Source: Octopus sinensis (lineage: Eukaryota). Taken from it: a stretch of 51,626 nt of DNA. The stretch covers positions 1 to 51,626 of the forward strand of contig NW_021834193.1 of assembly GCF_006345805.1 (NCBI RefSeq). The letters run 5' to 3'. Positions 24,688 through 36,220 of this stretch are shown here, piece after piece. Positions within the stretch are counted from its first letter, which is position 1. Every line of letters begins with the position of its first letter. The position numbers and the translations under genes were made by a program. The notes beneath the pieces were generated by a model. That model made no database searches, had not been told where the DNA came from, and was given only the letters and a program-made list of their open reading frames with translations.

Positions 24688-27600
24688 TAGTATATTTTTA
24701 TATCGTGCTTTCACTTCACTACCGAGCGCAGCTCTGTGTGCCTTGGGTATGTGTTGTGATTTGTTGTGATGCTCTGATGGTTATTGTATGGAAAGTGTTC
24801 TGCGTAGGATGTGTGCAGTGCCTAGTAGTGCAATTTTCTCTATGTTATATGTGTTTGTAAGTTCTGGTGTTTTTGTTATGTATTTGTCTGAATATGTTTT
24901 TATCATGCCTAATGCACCTATTATTATAGGAATTGTTTCTGTTTTTAGATTCCACATTCTGGTTACCTCTAGTTCCAGGTCTTTGTATTTTGAAAGTTTC
25001 TCTATTTCTTTTAGAGACACGTTGTCATCCGCTGGTATATCAATTAGAAAGCATTTTTTTCTTCATGATCTCTGACAACTATATCTGGACTGTTGGCCTT
25101 AATTTCTCTATCTGTGTGTATTGGCATATCCCAGAATATGGTTGCTTCCTCGTTTTCTGTGACCTCTTCTGGTGTGTGCCTATACCATCTTTTTTCTGTT
25201 GTTATTCCATAATGTTGGCATAGCTTCCAATGTATGTAGGTCCCAACTCGGTCGTGTCTGTGAATATATTCCTTCTTAGCCAGGACTGGGCAGCCAGAGA
25301 TAATATGATTTATTGTTTCTTGTCCATCTCCACATATTCTGCAGTTACTTGTTATATTTCTTTTCATTACATGTCTTTGGTAATTTCTGGTGGCTAGACT
25401 TTGGTCTTGTGCTGCAATTTAAAATCCCCCTGTCTCTGCTTTGTGTCCTGAGCTTCTCAACCATTGCTGGGATTTTTCTTTGTCTATTTCTTTTGCATTT
25501 AGTTTAGTCCAGTATTTGCCATGAAGGGGCTTTTCTTGCCATCGTTTTATGATGGTTCGTTGCTGTTCTATTTTTAGTTTGGATTTCATTTGTTTTATAG
25601 ATTTTGTTGTTTCTTCATCTTCTTCTTCTTCTTCTTCTTCTTCTTCTTCTTCTTCTCTTCTTCTTCTTCTTCTTCTTCTTCTTCTTCTTCATATTTATTA
25701 GGTGGTATGCTTTCTTGTTTGTATTTGTCAGCTTCCTTAAATACTGAGAACAGTTTTTTGTTTTGCTTGTGTTTTGCCGCTATTTGTATCAATTGTCCTT
25801 CCTTCTGAAGTAGATATTTTTGCAGTCCTATGGTGGTTATTTGATAGTAGTTTTCCAGTTGTATAAGGTCTCTACCACCTTCTATACGTTGTATATATAA
25901 CCTTTCTATGTCAGATTTTGGGTGATGCATCCTAAATCCTGTCATTATTTTTCTTGTTTTCCGATCTATTTTGGTCAGTTCATTTCGTGTCCAGTTAAGG
26001 ATATTGTAGCTGTAACTTATAACTGGGACGGCTAAAGTATTGATACCTATTATCCTGTTTTTAGCATTGAGCTCTGTTTTCAGTATTGATCTAACTCGTC
26101 TATACTATTCTTTTCTTTATTTTCTCTTTCATTTGCGTGTGCTGTGTCTTAGGTAGTTCATGGATTCCTAAGTATTTGTAAGTTTGGATTTGGTTTAATT
26201 CTTTTGTGGCTGATCTTTTTGCCGTAACATTTATATCCGCATCCAGTTCGGTTTAGCATATCCGATAGAGGTGACAGTGCCAAACAGAAAAGGAGTGGAG
26301 AGAGCGTGTCTCCCTGGAATATTCCTCTTCTAATGGGGATGTCTTTGGTTTTCATGAGTCCCTCTTTTGTTTGGAGGTGTAGTACTGTTCGCCATTTATT
26401 CATAGAGTGTCCTATGTACTTTATAATTGTTGGTGCAAATTTGTTCATGGCTAGTGTTTCGAGAATCCATGTGTGGGGGATGCTATCAAACGCCATTTTG
26501 TAGTCGATCCAGGCCATACTGAGGCCTTTCTTCTTTCTGTGGCTGTCTTCAGTTATGGCTTTATTCATCATTAGTTGATCTTTACAGCCATATGAGCCTT
26601 TGCGGCATCCTTTCTGCTCTTCTGGAAACAGGTTGTTTTCGTCCAGGTGCTTGTTCAATCTTTGCGATATTACTGCAGTAAATGCTTTGTACATTGTAGG
26701 GAGACAGGTTATAGGTCTGTAGTTTTCTAGTTTTGCTGTCTCATTTGATTTGGTAATTAAGATGGTTTTCCTCTTTGTGAGCCACTCAGGCTTTGTCTCT
26801 GGCTCTGCCAGTATGTTGTTAAAATTTTCAGCCAGCTTTTTGGGCATTCCTGTTAGATATTTCAACCAGAAGTTGGGGATCTTGTCGTGCCCAGGTGCCT
26901 TCCAGTTGCTTAGTCTTTGCAGTGCCTGGGTGACCTCTTCAGTTGTTATGGGGGTCCAAAGTTGCTCAGATGCTGAGTTTGTTGTTTTAATACTCCTTTT
27001 TTTTGGTTATTCGTTCGCCGACCATGTTTCTCTCCAGAATTCTTCCACTTCTGCCGTTGGTGCTGCAGTGATTTCTATTTTATTTTTGCCAAGTTCTTGG
27101 TAGAACTTTTTGGGGTTGGAGTTGAACTTTTTGTTTTGTTCAAAGACACATTGGCGTTTCTCGTACCGGCAGATCATTTGTGCTTTGGCAAGGATATCTT
27201 GCTTCAGCTATTCTTTTATCTCAGGTAAATCTTTTTCTGTGGTGTTGTATTTTCGGAGTATTTTTGTTTTCTCTTTGTTGCTCAGTAGCGTTGATTGTCT
27301 ACTGATTTCATTAAGAATCGACAGATGTTTTCTCATATTTTGTATTTTGTTTTGGATGTTATTTATCCACAAGTTTTGTTTGGGTAGTGGTACTCCTGTT
27401 TGGATGGGTTTGAGTGAGTATCCTACTTCTTTTGTGGCTGCAGTGGCTGCTGCGTATGCTAAGTAATTTAGCTCAGTGATATCGCTTTTTGTTTCAGTGG
27501 CTATTAGTTCCGTGACGGCTAGGTTTATGTTGTTTATAATTGATGTTGTTGTTTTGTCTATTTTGATTTTCGGGCTTTTGAGCTCTGTGGTTTTCAGTTC

Positions 27601-28617
27601 TTTGATTATTCTACTTTTTATAGTTTCATAAACATTAGGTTCCCCTTCGTTGTTTCCAGGTTTTAGATTTGTGTCGCTTTCTATCTCATCCGTATGTTTG
27701 TTTGTCATGTTTTGGCTTGCTGTTTGTCGTGTATTATTATGTATCCTTACGGTTTGGGTTTGTTGTTTTTTGCTTACATCGTTTTTGTTGGAAATGTTAC
27801 GTTTGTCTTCGTGTTTTACTGTTTCAGTGTTTATATTATTTGGCATTGTTGTGTGGCTTCTAGTTACATTTTCCTGATGTATTTTTTCTGTTAAATGTTC
27901 TATTTCTATTTCTGATATATTTTTTGCGTTGAGAATATATCTCCGTATATTTGCTAGTTTATTAGTGTTCATTGTTGTATCCAGGTATTTATTTATGTTA
28001 TTTTCCTTCCATATTTTGTATGTATGTGTTGTTGTATTTTCATTTTTTGGGTAGAGCACTGCTGTAAAGTAAGCGTGTAGGATAGAAATATATTCCTCAC
28101 GTGTCCATTTATGTCTGTTGGGTTTTATTTGCGGGACGTGAGGAACAACGTCCGGCCCATTATTTTGACGGTCGTCATTTTCGTAGGGTACCGGTCCGTT
28201 CATTTCTGTTGTCACATTGTTTGGCACGTGTAGTTTTTCGTACATTTTATGTTGTAAGTTTACAGTACGGACTTCCCGATTGTTATTCTTGGGTCGAATA
28301 ATACCATATTATTTAATTTATTCGAAGTTTTTTGTACATGGTGTTTGGGGTCGGAGATGATCTGATGTTGATGGATCGTAATGTATCACGCATGTTTACA
28401 TGTGTTGTGTTAGAGGTGGAGATGATATCGAGTTAAAATACATCATTTCGTCTTGGAAATAGTAATAAATTTCAATGAGTATTACTTACTCGGATATAGT
28501 CCAATCCTTTGTCAGTTATTTTTTAGCTCCATGCGATGTCTTTGTTTCCGATGTTTGTGGATAGATTTCGGAGCACTGTTTTATCGCTCTCACATGTTTA
28601 ACGTCCCCGGTGTAATC
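24685..28617 (-). mobile_element. Near full-length R4/Dong-clade LINE (lineage 1) flanked by (AAT)n on both sides
   Basis: Single long ORF in pieces: N-terminal RHKWTREE, RT motifs (WKAPGHDKIPNFW, NYRPITCL, WIDYKMAFDSIPH, GIFQGDTLSPLLF), CCHC CRICGDGQETINHIISGC and RLE PDIVV..IDVSIP..KLSKY. (TTA)n lies at 24590-24684 and 28618-28670. Confidence 0.95.
24781..28245 (-). pseudogene. Disrupted RT-CCHC-RLE polyprotein of the Dong-like LINE
   Basis: ORF-track pieces 27208-28245, 26158-26865, 25595-25945, 25044-25367 and 24781-25020; frameshifts, stops and a missing YxDD segment. Confidence 0.92.
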
Positions 28618-28663
<46 letters not shown>

Positions 28664-28670
28664 CATTATT

Positions 28671-28865
28671 TGCACAGCTTCTAACTCTAGAGATGTGCTA
28701 CAGTGTCAGCTGTTCACCACCAGTGAACTAAAGTAACACCTCTGATTTTTCGAGCAGCTTCCTGAGTATTCGAGCGATTTCAAGCTCTGCTGTTTTCTAC
28801 AAGTGTTCAACCCTTATTGCAGCCCCTATTTGTTCCATTATACTAATGTGTCCATCTGTTCTAAT
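28671..28865 (-). mobile_element. 3' fragment of another RLE LINE (lineage 3, family Y) ending in (AAT)n
   Basis: Minus strand encodes IGAAIRVEHL*KTAELEIARILRKLLE, similar to the KIALLGTAHILRRTL C-terminus, then a short 3' UTR running into aataatgataataat. Confidence 0.75.
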
Positions 28866-30619
28866 TTAATTAACTTCTAAGTATATATATATACACAGGT
28901 GTGAGTGTGTTTTGTGTGTGTGCGTGTGTGTGTGTGGTGGCCTTAATTCATAAATAAAGAAATTACACCCACCAATGCGGTGTTGAGCACTCATGTTTAT
29001 CGTTCGACATAATTTGCTCGCCTCACTAAAGCTCTACCAGCACCAACACCTAATGTTTTTATTTGTAGTTTACATATGTACACGAATCATTTTAGTGTGT
29101 ATATGTATAAGTGTTTATATGTATGATATTCGTATACGTTTGTATGTGAATAACGTGTGTTTCATATTTTTTTTACTGTTAGATTTCTGTAAGTGAATAT
29201 TTTATTATAAACAGACTTATGTTTTATTTAATTAAGTTTATTTTACCGTTAATTCATTTACTCTGGGAATACACGTATTTCCTTCTAGCTAAAAGTTATG
29301 TTTTAATTTAATGCATTCTTCGATTTTAGATAATATAGTTTTTAAACCTTTTAATTTTATGTATATCAAAGTTTGTAAAAAAAAACTTTTAGTTGAAAGG
29401 ACCACTGAAACGAAACCAATTTCAAATATGTATCTGTCAATGTAAAGTGTATTTTAAAAATATAATCTTAACTTTTGTTCCATTCCTAATGAAAACCGTC
29501 CGACGAACGGGAACGTGAAACTGTGTATCAGAGTTTTTCGATAATTTTGTGTTGTTTTTGCAGTTTTAAACATATCACTTTACCTTTGGTATTTTCTCAC
29601 CTTGTTTCACATTTATGTGCTTACTCTGCTGTATATATATATATATATATATGGCCCAAAATGTTTTTTTTTAAATTGATGATGTAAGACAAATACAGCA
29701 CATTATTTTTGCGATGAGGAACATTACCAGCAATAAAGATCGCTTCGATCATACGCTCTTCATGCGAATGAATAGAATGGGGAGAGAAAAAGTGGACAAA
29801 CGGGCGGAGATTATGTGAGATTGTATATACACACAGGCACACACAGAAACACACACACACAAGCTAACACACACACACGCGCGCATGCACGCACACAAAC
29901 GAATATGTATTTATGTATGTATGTTGCACATATGTATGTGTGTATACGTTGGGGGGGGGGGTTATGTATACAAATATATAACTGTAAAACCACCGTTTGA
30001 ATTATAGTCACAAGTTGCTATGTACATTTTTGTTTTAAAAACACTTCGCCAGACACTGTATTAGACATATAAAAACATGTCAAACTTAACAAGACAAAGT
30101 GGTTTTTAATGAGCTGGTTTCGACAAAACTTTTCACTAACTCACATTAATCAACATTTATTATAGTTTTTTTCAATTATACAAACACACGTAAGAAAATA
30201 GGACAAAGTTCTTCTAAATTACTCCGGTTACGTTACTTAACCATTTAGTATACATTGTTGATTGTTTTTCTGCTTTCAGTGAAATGTATTACAAATGCGA
30301 GGAAGCAATGAAAAAATCACTACGCGGTTTCCTGATCGGTTCCAAAAAGAAGACACCAAATTTCCCTCAATTAACAGTTCATCATTTAATAAAAGGAAAT
30401 TAAACTTTGATAAAGTAGTACAATACAAAAATGCGATAATGGTTTTGAGTGGAAACTTATTTATTATTGTTCTGTCGAACTAACGTTGGCTTGAGGAAAC
30501 TAAACAGCAATAACTTCGTTTACGAAAACTGCTTTTAGATGCAACTTGTGACATTTTCTATTTTACTTGTTATATTCGTAGGAGTGGTTGTGTGGTAAGT
30601 AGCTTGCTTACGACCCACA

Positions 30620-30820
30620 ATATAGCAGCCAAAATTTATTCTAAAACCACATTGAATGTTCATACAGAACCACGCTGATTTCAAATCCCGGATCTTTTTG
30701 TCTACTCTCCTGGTATTGTATGAACATTTCATGTGGTTTAAGAGTGAAGTTTTGGCTGCTATATCTAGCATGGTGGTATCTCTTAGATACCCTTAATTAT
30801 AATTTCGATAATAATTATTA
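30620..30820. mobile_element. Partial fold-back element related to 39343-39656, with a longer centre
   Basis: About 45-bp arms tatagcagccaaaa..gttcataca / tgtatgaac..ttttggctgctata, then ggtatctcttagatacccttaattataattt shared with the 39343 copy. Confidence 0.8.
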
Positions 30821-30826
30821 TCTATT

Positions 30827-30958
30827 GGCGCAGGAGGGGCTGTGTGGTAAGAAGCTTGCTCCGAGTGGAAACTTGGGCAAGTGTCTTCTACTATAGCCCC
30901 AGGCCGACCAAAGCCTTGTGAGTGAATTTGGCAAACGGAAACTGTAAGAAGCCCGTTG

Positions 30959-31028
<70 letters not shown>

Positions 31029-31257
31029 TGTGTGTTTATACGTTTGTGTATCTGTGTTTGTCCCCTCCCCCACATCGCTTGACAACCGATGATGGTGTGT
31101 TTACGTCCCCGTAACTTAGCGGTTCGGCAAAAGAGACCGATAGAATAAGTACTAGGCTTGCAAAGAATAAGACATGGGATCGATTTGCTCGACTAAAGGC
31201 GGTGCTCCAGCATGGCTACATTCAAATTACTGAAACAAGTAAAAGAGTAAAAGAGAC
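30827..31257 (+). mobile_element. Full-length SINE family A (head partly deleted)
   Basis: Matches the reverse complement of 1433-1848, including the internal (TA)n and the tail. Confidence 0.85.
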
Positions 31258-31507
31258 GTAAACAACAAAAAAGAGATCAATTTCATTGCTTTTGTTTATA
31301 TCAAGCGTCTTGGATAAGAAACGTCGTAAGAAAGTCAGTGCTATAGAAAAATAGAAAATCTGTTGAGATAGCCTTAATAAGGGATGTAAGAGCTCTGCCA
31401 ACACAGCAGAACACAGTATTGAGGTATTGACTTATATAGGCGTTTCATATACTTTGTTGTATATTATTGTTACATAACCAAATACGGTGTCCCTACACGT
31501 CATTAAT

Positions 31508-31787
31508 GGAGGCACATGGCCTAGTGGTTAGAGCAGCGGATTCGCGGTCGCGGGATCGCGGGTTCGAATCTCAGACCGGGCGATGTGCATGTTTATGAGC
31601 GAAAACATCTAAGCCCCACGCGGCTCCGGCTGAAGGTAATGGTGAACTTCTGCTGACCCTTTCGCCACAACTTTCTCTCACTCTTTCCTCCTGCATCTTG
31701 CATCTCACGTGCGACGGACTGGCGTCCCGTCCAGGTGTGTAGCCTATACGCCAAGGAAACCGGCGTGGCTTGAGAAGGAACAAACAA
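31508..31787 (+). mobile_element. tRNA(Arg-TCG-like)-derived SINE family C with a V-domain-like motif
   Basis: A box tggcctagtgg (31517-31527), B box ggttcgaatc (31561-31570), no acceptor-stem pairing; gcgacggactggcgtcccgtccagg resembles the V-SINE core. Confidence 0.75.
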
Positions 31788-33448
31788 TATACGCCATTAA
31801 CCTTTTCTATTTTGATAACGAAGGGACAGAATTATTTATGTATCTCTTTATGTTGTGATTTTCAAATCCAGCTGCTGTCTGCTTTGCTTCATGTTCCGTC
31901 GAGTGTGATGTGTTAAGTACCGATCAACTGGTGTTGACGACTAAAACACTTTTAATGTGTTAGAAATTAGCTGAACCCGTGTTAATGAGAGCAATAAATC
32001 ATTACTGAGATATGATATATGTTGCAATAAATAAACATTTTGTGAATCAAGAACGGGATTGGTTTTCGGTTCACAGAAGAGGACATTAACTGCTGATATG
32101 AGTTACACATAAGTCTGTCATGCACTTTAGGACACATGAGGTCAGAGACCACGCGACTGAGAGTATAAACAACTGTGATGAAAAGTCCACGCCTCCCTGA
32201 AAGGGAAGTCGCTATGTCGAAGGGTCAACTTCCCGGCTACAGCTGGAAAACATATATTTCAGAGTGGACAGGGCGACCGTGAAATGATATGTTTTACTCA
32301 AAGCACTGCTGAGTTCAGGGATCGAAAACACTACAAGGTAGTAAATGTAATGCCCCCTCCAATAGACTGCGCAACTATATTTTATATATATATGAATAAA
32401 ATTCTGATAATTTCATAAGCAGAAAGCATACGTTTATTTAAATCAAGTGAAATCGAAATGATAGATTTGAATTCTTGATTGTGTAATGACAAATTTTTAG
32501 AACGAATTTGAATGGCATCTGTAGAGAGAAAGGGGAGAACGATAAGTAAAAATAGGTAGTCACCTTAGCTTAGCTTCAAATATTTAGTTGGTAGTATAGA
32601 CGTTTCATATTTAAATACGTAACCAAAACAGAATAATATCAAATTAGAAGTGACGGAAAGTTGAGGTATGAGACATAATGAGAGAATATTGCACAAAATT
32701 TAGTTTCATCTCGGCAACACGCAAATGCGACAAGAATACAATGTAGATCAAAGTTATTTCTATTTACTTAAAATGAATCTATATCTTCTACGATCAAATT
32801 ATAGGACAGATAAATTTTCGAATTTTAATGCCTTCCCAGTTCAATAGAATTAGAATCAAAAATTGCTACATTTGATTCAATATTGCAATTATATAATATA
32901 GAATTTCTAAATGGAAATGGTTGGATAAATGCAACATCTATTGGTGATTATATCATAGCTGTATAGGGATCGCGCAGTATATACACATATACACACACAC
33001 AGAAATGCGTGAATATATGCCTGTGAGGCGGGATAGCTATCTATAGATATATCTATCAATTTATATACACATGTATAGATATAAACATAAATATATACAC
33101 AAACACATACACACGCGAACATTTATATAAATCTAGTTTTCTGTTTTTGGGGTACGTTGGAATAATTTGGAAGCTCAGACAATACGAGGAAGGGAATTGT
33201 GGCCAGCGGTGTGTGATAACATCCGATAGGCTGGTCGATACAGTGATACACCAATATAAACAGGTATGAAATTACGTATACTAATGGTTTCCCTTTAAGA
33301 GAATAAAAAAATATGCACATATATGTGTGTGCGTCTGAGTGCATGCAACATATATATACATATATAGATATATATAGATATATATACTTGTATATATATA
33401 TATATATATTATATATATATATATATATTATATATATATATATATCAT

Positions 33449-34237
33449 AAGATTGACTTGATTTAATTTAATCAGGTTAGTTTACCATTAAACAGTAGAT
33501 GAAACGGTGCATCGTATAAGAAATTACAGGGTAAATGTTTTTAAATTTTCTCCTGGTTTGCGGAATTAATGTTATTTTGCGGTTGAAGCTTTGGCTGTTA
33601 TTTCTAGTGGATGAATGGCCTATTATGGCCGTTCCTTGATTGTGATGTTGAACTTATAAATGGTCTATGACTATTTAATTTTTTCCCACTAGGCCGCTGG
33701 TGGCAAAAAAATTCTACAAAATTTTTTTGCCACCCTATATTGATTAATTATGAATTTTCTGGTTGATTCCGTAATGGAATCGGCGGCTTATATTTATTTG
33801 CTGCCGATAAATTTGGCGCGAGTGCGATGATTTGAAAATTTTAGGTCAGATATTGCCGAGGCAGGGACAGAAATGCCTCGTGAAAATACCTGCTCCGATC
33901 TGGCTATTTCTTACTGACGAATCTAAGGGCCTATGGAAGATTGACTTGATTTAATTTAATCAGGTTAGTTTACCATTAGACAGTAGATGAAACGGTGCAT
34001 CCTATAAGAAATTACAGGGTAAATGTTTTTTAATTTTCTCCTGGTTTGCGGAATTAATGTTATTTTGCGGTTGAAGCTTTGGCTGTTATTTCTAGTGGGT
34101 GAATGGCCTATTATGGCCGTTCCTTGATTGTGATGTTGAACTTATAAATGGTCTATGACTATTTAATTTTTTCCCACTAGGCCGCTGGTGGCAAAAAAAT
34201 TCTACAAAATTTTTTTGCCACCCTATATTGATTAATT
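33449..34237 (+). mobile_element. Retrozyme-like or Penelope pLTR-like non-coding element: 1.6 tandem copies of a 488-bp unit, inserted in (TA)n
   Basis: 33449-33749 repeats at 33937-34237 with 4 substitutions; no ORF; contains a hammerhead ribozyme; (TA)n on both flanks. Confidence 0.75.
33906..34012 (+). ncRNA. Type I hammerhead ribozyme
   Basis: Stem I ATTTCTTA/TAAGAAAT (8 bp), core CTGACGA (33914-33920), stem II ATCTA/TAGAT with a long structured extension, GAAA (33989-33992), near-palindromic stem III, U16.1-A17 (34003-34004). Confidence 0.8.
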
Positions 34238-34282
34238 TATATATATATATATATATAATATATATATATATATAATATATAT

Positions 34283-34342
<60 letters not shown>

Positions 34343-34414
34343 GTATGTATATATGTGTGTGTCTGTGAGTGTGTGTGTAGTATATTGGAAAGGACACACT
34401 AATTGATGATATGT

Positions 34415-34720
34415 AATAAGGAAAAGAAGATGAGGTAGAAAATGCTAAAATAATTTTATTATGAAGAACATTTTAGTACCGGTTTCAGTGTCTGGGACTT
34501 ATTCAACTCAGAGTAAAGCATGAAAAACAATGAAATTGTGGAAAAATTAAATGAAATGGAAACATTTTAAAAAACATTTCATTTAATTTTTCCACAAGTA
34601 TATTCTTTTTGTTGATCTACTCTAAGTTGAATAAGTCCCAAATACTGAAACCGGTACTAAAATGTTCTTAACGATAAAACAATTTTATCATTTTTTAACC
34701 TTGTCTTATTTTCTTCATAT
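34415..34720. mobile_element. Fold-back (MITE-like) element, about 300 bp
   Basis: Long imperfect arms gaacattttagtaccggtttcagt..ttgtggaaaaattaaatgaaatg / catttcatttaatttttccacaa..actgaaaccggtactaaaatgttc. Confidence 0.85.
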
Positions 34721-35451
34721 ATATATACAATAATTTGGATGAATGAATTACTCTTTGTTGACAGTTAACACGGAAAATTCACTAACCAGTTACCAGGGCA
34801 GCAAAATTCACGCAAGTGACAAGGATGTAGCGACCTATTCAAAGGTAGAAACTCCGTGTTAATGTGCAGTAAAATTTTGTAACATTTGCAACTCTGAACT
34901 CTTCCATATCCTCTTCTCTAAGAATCACCTTGTTAACACACTTATAGAGCAATCTTACAAATGTAAGCACTGGCAGAAACGTACTTTTAGCTCATATAAG
35001 TGATTTATACCAGTCAGTATAGTTTGAAACTTTAGTTCACCTTGCACTTTACTTCAATGGAGAAATCTACTTCCAAGCCTTTCAACTTTTTTCAACCAAT
35101 ATAACCTTCTTTATTTGTTCTCTACTTATTATTTCTTTATCCATTCTCTTCCTAGGGTCTGCCTTTGACGTCAGATCTACTGACCTTTTTTTTTAAAAAT
35201 AGTTAATAGCTTTCTGTTTATCATTTATGCAGTCATCTAAATAGTTATAATGTGTTGTTATTGAGATAGGGTCTCTTTCTTTCCTGGTCTCTTTCTTTCC
35301 TGGTGAGAATATTATATTATTTTACACCGTTTATTTCTTTGGAATAAAACCAATGTTGTCTTCGAAACATATGTCGAAAGTAAAAAAATTTGAATAACAT
35401 CTGTGTTCAACTCCATGTATACACATATATATGTGTGTAATTATATATATA

Positions 35452-35554
<103 letters not shown>

Positions 35555-35630
35555 ATATGTATATATATGTATATATATAATGTATATATATATTGTATAT
35601 ATTATGTATATATATATGTATATATATATG

Positions 35631-35681
<51 letters not shown>

Positions 35682-35733
35682 TATACATATACATATATAC
35701 ATATACATATATACATATATTATATATATATAT

Positions 35734-35788
<55 letters not shown>

Positions 35789-36131
35789 ATATAATTGAGA
35801 TTCCGTTGAATTAAGTACTAAAGGTTAGCAAGAAGTGAGTTCGGTATTATCCGCTCAGTCAAAATAACCAACGAAAGTGATGCAGTACGACCGTTTCACG
35901 CAGTTCCATTTAATTGAACAATGCAATCATTACATCAAATATTTGAGTAAAATCATATTAATGTATCCGACGTTAAAATTTTATTGATTTATTTGTGCAG
36001 CCGACTATAACCCTGCATTTTAATTGATGTAATGAAGGCATTGTTCAATTATATGGAGTCGCTTAAAACGGTCGTACTGCATGCTTTCTTGATATCCTGT
36101 GGCTTATATATATATATATATGTATATATGC

Positions 36132-36170
<39 letters not shown>

Positions 36171-36187
36171 CATATATATATATACAC

Positions 36188-36220
<33 letters not shown>

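Noticed and set aside
29700-29820. Possible first exon MIEAIFIA|gt on the minus strand near a GGGCGG box
   Set aside because: Too short to distinguish from chance, and no downstream exon fits.
31508-31580. tRNA-Arg-like gene
   Set aside because: A and B boxes are present, but the acceptor stem does not pair and the sequence continues into a SINE body with another copy at 43880-44067.
33449-34237. Assembly-artefact or CRISPR/satellite explanation for the 488-bp repeat
   Set aside because: The copies differ by substitutions, not homopolymer indels, and there is no repeat-spacer structure. No CRISPR array exists anywhere in the window.
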